Part shown: one piece after another, positions 39,201-51,200 of the stretch
Layout: every line of letters begins with the position of its first letter
Numbering within the stretch: the stretch's first letter is position 1
Origin: Euglena gracilis
Lineage: Eukaryota
Direction: 5' to 3'
Length of the DNA: 64,000 bases
NCBI GenBank assembly: GCA_039621445.1
Contig: CP154954.1
Location: 45,177,847 to 45,241,846, forward strand
Made by a program: the position numbers and the translations under genes
The notes under the pieces: model-generated
What the model was told of the DNA's origin: nothing
Database searches by the model: none
The model's input: the letters and a program-made list of their open reading frames with translations, nothing else

Positions 39201-42200
39201 GCGTGCATAGAGACGCATAAACCAATTAAAGTTATTAAACTAATTGGACTGGTGATTAAATTTATTTATGCACAGAAATGACTCGTCGAACTTGCACACC
39301 ATCCTGGCGACATCTCCGGTGGCATCGGTGGCCTCTGCTCCCTTCCTCTGTCGGTTGGTGGTGTCCTCACCAGCTGCCTGGGAAGCAAGAAAAAACGGTT
39401 AAAAAGATTGGGTTTCAGATGTTGGGCTTCTGAAAACTGAACGCAGCTTCAAAAAACGCCGAGATTGAGAGGGGCCATTTTTCACTTAAGGGGGAAATGA
39501 AAAATGGCACCTCCCAGCTAGGGCGTCCCTCCCGGGCGCCCCCAACTCCTGGGGGGTCCAGCTCAGAGGCTGGGAAGTTTGGGCTACTCCCCCCATAGGG
39601 GTCCCCCACCCAAAAAAAATCCAAACTGCAAAAATGCCACAACAACTGCCAATTATGCAAAAAAAATCAATTTTTTTTGGCCTTATACTTGTCCTGACAG
39701 CTCAAACTGAGTTCATTTTGCCCATTTTGCACCGGGTCTGGGGCAGAGGTTTTCTTAAGGACCCCAGGGGAGGAGGGGTCCCACGGGTCAGCTGGAGAAA
39801 AGTGCTGGCTGGACCCCCCTGGGGGGATGGGGATACACAGGGTATTAAATGACCAGGGGAGTCTGGACCCCCCTCCCCCTGTGCAAAAAAAATTCCGGCG
39901 CAAAGGGCTGATAAAAAATTTGCCCTGAAAAAAATTTGGGGCCTTAAAATGCCCCAAAAATGCGTTTTTGCGCATTTTTTATGGAAAATCGGTCAAAACA
40001 CACCAAATCCTTTTATTTTTCATCAATTGTTTTGGGTTTCCAGGGGGGCCCCAGACCCCCTCGGTACGAAGGGGGAGGAGGAGGGAGTCTGCCCCCCCCC
40101 TTCAACCCCCCTTCGCAAAACCACCGCTCAATACTCTGGGGGTCGAGGGGGGGGGTCCGGCCGGTCGGCTGGCAGCTGGACCCGGCCAAAAACAGGCCAA
40201 ATAAAAGCCCGAATCCAGCCTGGCTGGCATTTTTCAGCCAAAAATTTGAGGTGAAAACCAAAAACTATTCACATTTTCTTCCCGCCATCCCCTGTCATGT
40301 CGCAAACACGCATGGGACCATTTTCCGCCGCACAGGAAATGGTCCCCTCTTTTCAAAAATTTTGACACTGTGCACTGAAAAAAAGTTTCGACCCAAGTTT
40401 ATTTCAGCTGACCCCCACCCCCGGGAGGGGTCTGCAGCACGGCTGGGAGCTGCTGGCTGGAAAAAAGTGATGCCTGGCTAGATCCCCCCACAGGGGGCAG
40501 GGTCCCCTCCGGCTTGAGAAAACCCTGCTCCGGGGCTGGGAAAAAGCCGCTGCCTGGGAAAAAAGCTGCTGGCTGGCTGGACCCCCCCCCGGAGATGTGA
40601 TGCCCTTCGGATGTGATGCCCTGAGCGACGCCCTGCTCTCAGCACGAACAAATGAGCTCGGAAAGATAAAAACCCATCACCCCACGACTGCATGTGGCAT
40701 CTGACATCGACAGCAAACGTACCTTTTCAATAGGAACCAACGGAAAAGAGCCAATAGCCGTCTTGATAGCACTCATGGCGGACATCACCTGTGGCCAGAG
40801 GAAACAGCTGGATGCACACATACACACACACACACACACATATGTAGCTTGTCAGCTGTATGCAGCCCTGATCTGTGCTATGCACAAAACTGTAAATGCT
40901 TTTGGCAAACGACAAAAAAATTCCAAAAAAGTGAAAGAAATCTGGAATCAGCACTATGATGCACCCCCCCCCAATCACTGGAGTTTTGGGGGGGTCATGT
41001 TTGTGCACCAGAGAGGTCGAAAAAGGGGCAGTAACACAATGATGCAAAAAAATTTTTGGATTGTGGAGTACAAACCGTTTAAAGATTTTCTGGGGGCTTT
41101 TGGGAACCAGGAGTTGGGTTTTTTTTTGCTGGAGGCCTTCAGAGATCCAACAAGCATTAACAAAATGGTCATGCTTCATGGTGAGGCGCTTGAAATGCTG
41201 CCAGAAAAACCCAGAAGAATATTCATATATAACCGAGTTCAGGCGAGGGAAAACCTCTTTCGAGACATGATAAATTGCTTTGACACACGTTTCCCATAAT
41301 TCACAGAATGTTTCGGCAATGCAAACAGAAAAGGAAACAATAACCCTCTGGAACAAAAGATTTAATGTAAATTTGGGGGGATTCGACACTAGGGGAGGTA
41401 CTTGGTTGGGAGAAAAACTCTGGCTGCTTCAAATTCTCTCAGATTTCTTTCATTTAGTGAAATTCTGTTGAACTATAACAGAAAAGTTGACACAAAAAAT
41501 GGTCACAAACTTTTTAAAAAAAATGGCCACCCATAAGTCACCTGTCGGTCCGGTCCAGAGAGGGGGGTTTGAGGGGGGGTTGGTGTGCTCCGAGGCACAC
41601 ACCACGCAGGCGCACGCAGGCACGCACACACGCACACATATGAGGCTCATGAACAAACCTCATCTGCAGACTTGCAGTAGGTGCCCAGAACCCACAGCAA
41701 GATGCGAAGCACCCTAGGCGAAGAAATACTGCCAAAGACATCAATCAGCTTGGCCAATATCTGCACAGGATGGCACGAGGGAAGGCGCATTGACCCCATC
41801 ATATGCTTGTGCTTACCGACCGCGGGGGGAGGGGGGTGGGTGGGTGCTATAGGGTGCCTGCCCATAGCAGCAAACCCCCCGGGGGGGGGGGGGTCCGGGG
41901 GACCCAGAAAATTTTAATTGAAAATGACCTTTTCCGGGCCCCCGGCGCCAAAGGCGCCGGGGTCGGAGGGGGGTGCCTGCTATGGGCAGACACCCCCAAA
42001 AACCCGACCCCCGGGGGGGGGGGGGTCGGATGGGTGCCACAGGGTGCCTGCCCCTAGCACCCCCCCCCCGTGGGGTAGGCACCCGACTAAGCACAAGCCT
42101 GGACCCTATTCCCCCCTGAACACTGGCTCCCATATGGCTAACTCTGTAGGGGCAGAGGCAAAAAAAAAAAAAGATTCGTCCCCTAACTTTGCAGGGAGGC

Positions 42201-45200
42201 AAAATTGCTTGGGAGGGGTAACAGGGTTCGGATTTAAAGCCCCCTGAATAATAACCCCTTTGGTTTTTACCAAAATCCAAAATCCTTCCAATCCCAGGGC
42301 TTTAACTAACTATTTGGCTGACCCTCCCCAAAAAAACAATAATGGAATTGATTTTCCACAAAAAAAAAACAATAATGGAATTGATTTTCCACTTTCCCTG
42401 AAATTAATTTGCATCAAATGTTGTTTTTTGCCGATAATTTTCATTTCTTCAATGCTTCTGTTCATTGGACAACAAAACCAGGTATCACTTTTAAGGCACT
42501 TTTAAAAAAAATTAAAAAAAACTTGTAAAAAATCTTATTTTTTTGCCAAAATGCCCGAAAAAAACTGAAAAAACCCTTTAAACCCCCCCAAAAACTATAT
42601 TTAATATTATATTATAGCATAGTGTAGTATAGTATAGTATAGTATGGTATATTATATTATATTATATTATATTAAAAAATATTTAAATTGTAGAAATCTT
42701 TTCCAGAACAAATTCCAAACAAAGAAGAGGTCACAAAATCTTGGCAAAAACAAGCCAACACCAAGGGGAGAAAAATGCTTTGTGGCATTGATGGAGCACT
42801 GTCCATCTGCCAGTAACGTTTTATTAACCTGGACCGACTATGGTTCGATGCCCAGATAGCTATTTAACTGCCCTTCCTAAAAAACCTTTTAAAAAAAGCC
42901 TTGGAAACATTGAAAATTTTGAAAACTTTCGCCTAAAAACATAATCCTTGAACTCAAGATTGTGGCATTTCAAATGACTTTTTTTGTTTACCACCTCGTA
43001 ATTTCCCAGAAAGGTGCATGATTTTTTTCACGTGACTCCTGGGTGCAAAATTATTTGGACCTTTTACGACTTTTCCCCTGCAACGGCCCTGTTGATCACT
43101 CTCACGAAGATGTGAACCCCCAAATAACTTTTAACTGTCCTAAATATTTGTGTCCACATAACATTTTGCAGGAGCTCGTACCCTCACCCCCCTGTTTGTC
43201 CCCCCCCCTAATTGGCTAACTGGGGGGTCCTTAAGGGAGGTCCATTAGCCAATTAGGGGGGGGGGGGTTAGCCCAATTGGCCAATGGACGTTCCCTTGGC
43301 CAACTTTGGCCAATTTCGGCAAGGGGTCAGAAAACCTCCAAAAACGTCCGTTTCGAAAATGTTAAAATTTGCCGGATAAGAAAAAGTCATGACCAATCCA
43401 AAAATGCACAAAAATCGACCAATTTTGCACACGTCAAAAATTATGGGGTCGGGGTCCTCGAGCCCCCCCCCTAATTGTCCCCCCCCCTAATTGGCTAATT
43501 GGGGGTCTGAAGGAGCCCGGCCATTAGCAAAATAGGGGGGGGGGGGGTGAGGGTAATTCTCACCCCACATTTCCAACACCTTTTCTGCAACAACTCTCTT
43601 CGTTCCAAAATGATTGGGCATCTTTGTGGTCACCCAGAGGAGTCTTTGTGCGCTAGCTGGGTATTAAATTTAGAGGGGATGGGGGATGGGGTGGTTACAG
43701 ACCCCCTCCCCGGGGGGGGGGGGGGGGACCCCCCAGGTAAAAAAAAAAACGGCCCAAAGCGCCCAGAAAAAAGTTTTGGTGGGGCTTCAAAAAGCCTAAA
43801 ATAGCGTTTTCAGGATTTTTTCTCACCAGATTGTCGAAAACAGGTGATAAAAGCATAAACCCCCTCGGGCCAACCAACCAAACCCCCCCCCCCAGGCACT
43901 CCGGGGATGATTGTTTCGGCCGCAAACCACCCAAAAAGCTGATTTTTTTGGCAATTGTTTTTTTTCACTGACCATTATCAAAAATGCCATTTTTGACCAA
44001 ATTTGCCGAAAATTGTCAACTTGGGGGGTTTGGGGGTCATTTGGGGGAGTTGGATTTTCACCAACTAAAATTTTCATTCCTTGAATTTTGAACCCCCAAC
44101 TTATGTCCCCCCATTTGGCTGAACAACCAAATCAGATCACTTGAACTCCAAGAGGTTTATAAATGGGGTAGGGGGTATAAGTCTGCCAGCGCAAAGCGCC
44201 GGGGAACAAAAGCTTGGTTCTACGGGGGGGGGGGGGGGGCTGGCCCTGGGGGGTCTGGACCCCCTCACCTCCCCCTGAACAAAACCAACTTAAAACTCTG
44301 GGGGTAAGGAGGGCGAAAAAGGTAAACACGAAGAACGACAAAGAACACCAAACGTTCCTCACAAGCAAGGGAAATGGGGTACAAAGACGCAATTTTGATA
44401 CACGGAATACCTCATCTCGAAGTTGAGGCTGTCGAAGCAGAATCTCGCGAATGAAGAGCATGACGTCCACGGCAGACGGGCCCACGTCGATCAGGTAATC
44501 AGACAAAACGGGAACAATCAGTCCTGTGAGCAAGCCAATTGGAACAAAGCTACTTCGGCATTGCACTTGACAGATCTTTGTCACGAGCCTATGTTTCCAG
44601 AGTGCCTCAGGTCTGTGAAAATGGCTGCTGAGAAAAAGAATTTTAGTCTGGCAAATGTGAGTTCTGACCAGAATGCCCACTTGACATTTGGCAACATCAG
44701 CTTTGTTTGCACAAAGAAACGCCGACAGAGCCTTATAGGGGGCATCCTAGGTGAAGCATACAAAAAAAAATCCAATTTCAATTCCAATTCCAATCTTCCA
44801 AATCCAAATCCATCTTCAAAGCTCTTAGGGGGAAACTCTTAGACTTTTTGAAAGTGTTTTGATCGAAGACAAGATAAATGTTGCGAATTTTTTCACCCCA
44901 ATGTGTGCCTTTACCTGTGAGGAATCCAAAATATTTTCATGGTGCTCTGTCCTGTTCAATTTTGAAAGCCTCCTTCCTGCAAGTTTGGGAATGATCTAGA
45001 ACAGGACTCTTCGACCACAAGCAGTTGAGCAGGAAGGTTGATTCAAGCTCCTCACATGCAGCCCCCCCCCTCTGGGCTTACCAAAAGGCCATACCCCAAA
45101 GTAAAATAGATTTTGAAGAAAGGTTAGGGAGTGGACTCAGTCACTCAAACAATTTTACAAAAAAAATGTGTTATACAATTATTGTATTCATTCCTTTCTA

Positions 45201-48200
45201 TTGTGGATTCATTTACACTCATCATACGTTCATTCTGCAGAGAGATGGTCACAGAGGCATCAAAAAAAATGCACTGCCAGTGGCAAAATCCAACGTTTGA
45301 AATCACCCACTAGCTACCGACCAGGCCTAGTCGGCCGACCAATTGGGTAATCGACCGACCACCCACTACCTCCCCAGTCTACCGTCTGGGTCCTCCTTGC
45401 CTTGCACAGGCGTCTTCGACAGAACAGCCAAAAAAAAGAGGATATTACCCAAATTTTTTTGCTAACTGACCTGCGACATGGGGATGCTTCACCGTACATT
45501 GGTGGATGCTGCGGACCAAGAGCTGGCGGTACTCATTGCTGGCCTGCTTGTCCACCATGGCCGTATCCTCCTGCACAAGGGATAGAAGCTTCATGTCAAC
45601 ATAAAAAGGTACGTTATTCACCAAAATGACCCCCACAGAGTTGCAGTGAGCAACTTTGGAATCAACTCCAAAAAAAACACAACACACAACAATTGCATTT
45701 CTTTACACTCTACACACCGAAGCCCAATGCTGGAAATATGCCAAACTTCCAAGACAGAGAAACGGCAAAACTTTTGACATCATTCAATTAAACAATTGCA
45801 CACTTACAGCGCCTGTATGGCAAAATCACCTGACGTTAAAGGAGATTGAGAGTGGGAACCCTGCCTCCAAATGATATCCCCCAGCCAGCTTCCCAAATAC
45901 CATGCCCCCCTGAGCTATTCCCGTCCCTGGGAACCCTTTATGGCCCAATGGGAACAGTGCGGGGGCACCTAGGCCCCCCAGTGATCTTTTCCCACACACT
46001 GACCTCGGACAGCCCAAAAGGGGTCATTTTCGGCAACTTTTTTGTTGGATGTTTGCAAAAAAAATGGTAAATTTCAAGCACATTTGCCAAAAAGCAATTT
46101 TTGAAAAGTCCAGAAAACATCGATTTTTGGCCATGTTTTTGCATGTCCTTCATTAAAAAAAAAAATGCAATGCCAGTTCCCCCCCAGTGGGAATAGCTCG
46201 GGGGGGGGCCCTAATATACACATATATACATATATATGTATATATTATTTTGGGGTGCATTATTGGGCAGATTATGAATATGTATTTGTCACTGCACATA
46301 ATAAATTCACATTGCAAATGTCCCTCTGGAAAAAAAAAGTCATGTGAAATTGGAGAAATTATTTTCCAACATAAATTGCTCCAAATTTGGTTCAACAGGC
46401 GGGAGGAAACAACTCCTGGGGTGGGGACCTGCTGAATCCCCCCCCAAAAAACATCCCCAGCAAAATAGAACCAGCTCATTCAGCAGCCAAATGTGTTACG
46501 CAAAATGCCACTTTGGTGAACCTTCTAATTGCACATCGCCACTTCATCACTTTACCACTTCGCCACTTCGGACCACAGCAGCTTTTCACACCTGCATCCG
46601 CAGCACCTCCTTCTTCAAGAACTGCACCGCCTTCTCCACGTTCTGGTTGGTGGTCAAATCCAGAGACAGGTCCAGGATCCTCCGTCTCAGGTCCATGTTG
46701 GGGGAGGCCAGAGTCCGCAACAAATCAGTCAGAAGCTCACACAAGATGTCAGGGAACCTGCAGCAGGGTTGGACCATGTGGAAAATATGCAAGAGGCAAC
46801 TCAAAATTGGTTTCCACCATTACTTTAAGGTGGCGTGAAAGGCGGTATTCAAACCACTGTGGATTCTTCCTGGTTATTAAAATTAGAGATTGGGTTGGGT
46901 GTTCACAAATTTTATCCACAGTGGAAAATATCGGCTGTCTCCAACAAAAAGCAGCTTTTTTAAATTCAAAAAAAGAGGGCACTTTGCCTAATCTGGGAAG
47001 AAAATTGTCCCAAGCACCAAGGAATCTTCTGGGATTTGGGGTAATTCCAATAAAACTGGTGCAAATGTTTGCACTGGATATGTTGAGAAATAGCTCAAGC
47101 ATGAGGAGGTGACTACATTGTAGCATCAACCACAAAGTCACATGAACACACCTCTTTTTTATGGCTTCCAAACGATCGATAACAATGAGCTTCACGTTAT
47201 TGTCAGCATGGGTTGTCAAAAGCTTCACGAAGGTGTGGGCAGCCTCTCGGATTGCAGTCCGGGATGACGCCAGGGATTGCAGCGTTGATGCGCACTGGAA
47301 AAGCACTGCCGCGTGGCGGGAAGAGAGCAGATTGGGGCTGGGAAGAGGTGTGCGATGCCAGGTGGGATGATTCAATGCAAGCACTCACTGCAACGTCTTC
47401 CCAGTCGAATATCACTGACAAGTACTTGGCCTTCTCAGCAGGGCTGGTCTTGCAGAGATGACGCAGTAAATCCACAAGTGCCAACTGGAAAGGCTCCCCA
47501 GCAAGGTCAATGTCGACATCAATTGCCTGCAAAGAAAAAGAACCAAAGTCAATAAAGAGCCGACCCTTGGATATTTGAACAAATTGAGCTCTGAATCTCT
47601 GAGACAAGAGCAGAGGAGAAGGGTCACACCTTTCGCAAATAACGAACAGCGCGCTCCTGGGCACAGTTGAAAAGCATCAAGAAAGAGTTTCGCTTTGTGG
47701 TGACATCTGGGGCAGGCAATATCAGGAAAAAAGGCCAAAATGCAGAAATCGATTTGCCACATCATTGTCAAAAAAAGGCATGTTCGGGACGTTAACACCT
47801 TCCTGTTCTTTTCTATCAACAAAAATGAAAAGAAAATTTTTAAAGTTCAAACATGAAGCCAATTTCAAATGTGCCCAAAGGTGTCCTGTCACCTCAATAA
47901 TCCCCTGAACATGACTCCACAAGGAATATTCAAATCGGTCAACATTGATAAGAATGGCAATAACTCGACCAAAGAAACTGCCTGGCAGGACTCCTTGTCC
48001 AAGGAGGCTTCAACAAGCTTTGGACAAGCCTTTGCTTGAGGAACCCCCAGGGGCCCACTGGATTGGGATTTTCGCTCGTTTAAAAAAAGCTCACCCCCGA
48101 CTGGGAAAAACTTCCTACAGCGTTTCACAGGGATGACTACCCAGCTGTAGTCCACACCTCCGGGGAAAGGCCAGGAAAGGAGGGGGCATGCTTGTGCTTA

Positions 48201-51200
48201 CCGACCGGGGGGGGGGGGGTGCTATAGGGTGCCTGCCCCTGGCAGGCGCCCTCCCCCCCCCCCGGGGGGGCTGGGGGGACCCAGAAAATTTTCATTGAAA
48301 ATGGCCTTTTCCGGGCCGGGGTGGGAGGGAGGTGCCTGCTATGGGCAGGCACCCCCAAAAACCCTGCCCCCCCCCCCCCGGGGGTCGGATGGGTGCCTGC
48401 CCCTGGCACCCCCCCATGGGGTAGGCACCCGGCTAAGCACAAGCCTGGGAGGGGGAATTGTCGCAGGAGGATATGCACTAAAAGGCCCCCCAAAATATAC
48501 GAAAGAACATGCAGGAATGTGCGCTAAATATGCAGGAAAATATGCGGAAATATGTGATTTTTCCAAAATCGGGCCACGTTTGGACATGTTCAGGTGACCC
48601 AACTGGCAATTCATTTCAAGCCATTGGGCATTTTGGGGTGATATTAGCTCACAACCGGCCACAATATTTCGCATATTTTTGTGCATATTTAGCTCGTATT
48701 TTGGCGGGTTGCAGGAATTTCCTACTACACATTTTGCCCATTCTCGCATATTTTCCGCATATTTTCCACAGCTTATTTTTATTGGGACCGTCACAATCAT
48801 TTCGGGCCTTTTGGTCATTTTTGCGGTCGTTTTCAGCATTGGGATGATTTTGCGATGGAAAATAGCCCAAATGACCAAATGCCACAGTGGCTCAGAATGG
48901 CCCAAAATGGACCAAAACTGGCAAAAAAAAAAGGTACTTGTCTGTTAGTCGATCCACGGCAAAACAGGTCGATCCACACCTATTTTTGGCCTACTTTGGG
49001 TCACTGATGTACTTTGGGTCATTGATGGACAGGGAAAGCACAAAACAGGGTCAGAAGATACGGCTGGTGTCGGCACAGGGTATAGAGAGTCAGGGTTAGG
49101 GTTTAGGGTTAGGGTTCTGGGTTTGAGTTTGGGTTTAGGGTTGGGTTAAGGTTTAGGTAACCCTAACCAACCCAAACCCAAAAACCTAACCCTAATCCTA
49201 AACCCTGACCCTAACGCTTACTCTCTAGACACTGTGCCAACACCAGCCGTATCTTCTGACTCTCTAGACACTGTGCCGACACAACAGCCGTGTATTCTGA
49301 CCCTGTTTTGTGCTTTCCCCGTCCATCAGTGACCCAAAGTAGACCAAAAATAGGGTTAGGGTTAGGGTTAGGGTTAGGGTTAGGGTCAGGGTTAGGGCCA
49401 CGTAGCCCTAACCTAGCCCTGGCCCTAACCTTAAACCTAACGCTGACCCCTAACTCTAACCCTGATGCTAGCCCTAAAACGAACCCTAACTATCTAGACC
49501 CTGTGCCAACACCAGCCGTATCTTCTGACCCTTTTTTTGTGCTTTCCCTGTCCATCAGTGACCGAAAATAGGCCAAAAATACGGTTCAGGATAGGGTTAG
49601 GGTTAGGGTCACGAAGCCCTAACCTAGCCCCAGCCCTAACCCTAACCCTGACCCTGACCCTAACCCTAAACCCAACCCTAACTCTCTAGACCCTGTGCCG
49701 ACACAACAGCCGTATCTTCTGACCCTTTTTTGTGCTTTCCCTGTCCATCAGTGACCCAAAGTAGGCAAAAAAATAGGTGTGGATCGACTAACAGACTTGA
49801 TGCACTGCCGTGGATCGACTAACAGACAAGTACCAAAAAAAATTGGCCAAAAATGCCCCAAAATGAAAACAAATGGCCGAAAATGGTTAAAAGAAGTTCA
49901 ATATGCACTTTTTTGCCAAATAAGTGAAATATGCGCTAAATATGCAAAAATGCACAAAATCTGGCACAAAATATGCGCTCCACATATCCCCCCCCCTCCG
50001 GTTGTCGGACCGGACCCTCCCCATCAACCCAGGATGGGGGTTGGGGTCTACCCCCACCATCGGGAATTCCCACACAGCCCTGGGGGGGGGGGGACTGCAA
50101 ATCCTGAAGTTAAGGCCTGGTTCTGGAGCATCCGGGAACAAATGAGGAAAGCGCTGATACACAGCCATCAAACAAAATCAATAAGTTCCAGAGGAGGGAG
50201 AGGATGGCCGTAAACGTACCAACAGCATGAAGTAATGCCAGAAAACCATGCAGGGAGAAAAGGAGGGGTAACATTTCGAGGAAACAGAAATGGTTGAACC
50301 AAAATGACAGTGGGGGGGGGATGACACAAATGGGTGGTTGGTGAAGTGGCATTCATCTTTGCCGTGAAGGGGAAATGGATGAATTTGTTTCTTGCTTTGA
50401 CTTTTGTTTCATTTCAAAAGTAGGTGAATCAATTTGATTTTGAAACCCACACATGTCACTGAGGTCATTACATCATCAATGTCCCGGGAATTTTTGTGGC
50501 GTTTGGGTCAAAAGCAAATGAACAATGAACACAAGGAACTCCTTGCATACAGCACTGCGTTGCGCCGCACATAAGAGTGCCTGAGCAGGATGGCAGAAAA
50601 AAACAACACGCTGATAAAATCTGAGACTCCGGGGTGGGGGAAACGATGCCAAGAGGGTACCCCCCCCCTATGACTCCGGGGGAGGGGGGATCTGGGGACC
50701 CACTTTTGGGGCCACGGACACACGCAATTTTTCGAAAAATATGGCCAAAAATGGCCAAACCCCACCTCCAGCAGGGGATCCACAAAACCCTTGGGGATGT
50801 GCTCAGAGAGTTCTCCAGAGCATGAAAATTTTTGGGAGAAATTGCCAGTTGCCAAGATAAATGCAGTGTTTTGGGAGGTATTGCAAACGTGCCATATCCT
50901 TCAAGGGAATGAAAAAATGGGTGATGCACCCTGCCAATTTTTTGTTTGAAATCTGGGCTCAGCCACAATTTGTGTGTAGAAATTTTTTGAAACTTTTTGG
51001 CAAATTTTCATGATGAAGGACAGGCAAACTCCAGGACATTTGTGTGTGTCAGATGATTAGAGGGATTCGTCATCATCGGACAGTGCCAAATGGTCCGATT
51101 CTGATTTTTCTGACCATTCTTCTGATTGAACTATCCAAAAATGGCCAAAAATGACCATTTTCGGATATAAAATGGCAAATTTGGGTGCCGCGCGCTCTGC

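Larger units (their letters stand above)
48020..50122 (-). other. Nonconventional intron 4
   Basis: G|aacCAGgcct...aggcTTGtccaa|AG; restores DAPELVE. Confidence 0.8.

Noticed and set aside
49090-49683. Chromosome end or telomere fusion
   Set aside because: The repeats are short, degenerate and enclosed by MITE TIRs inside an intron of an intact gene.
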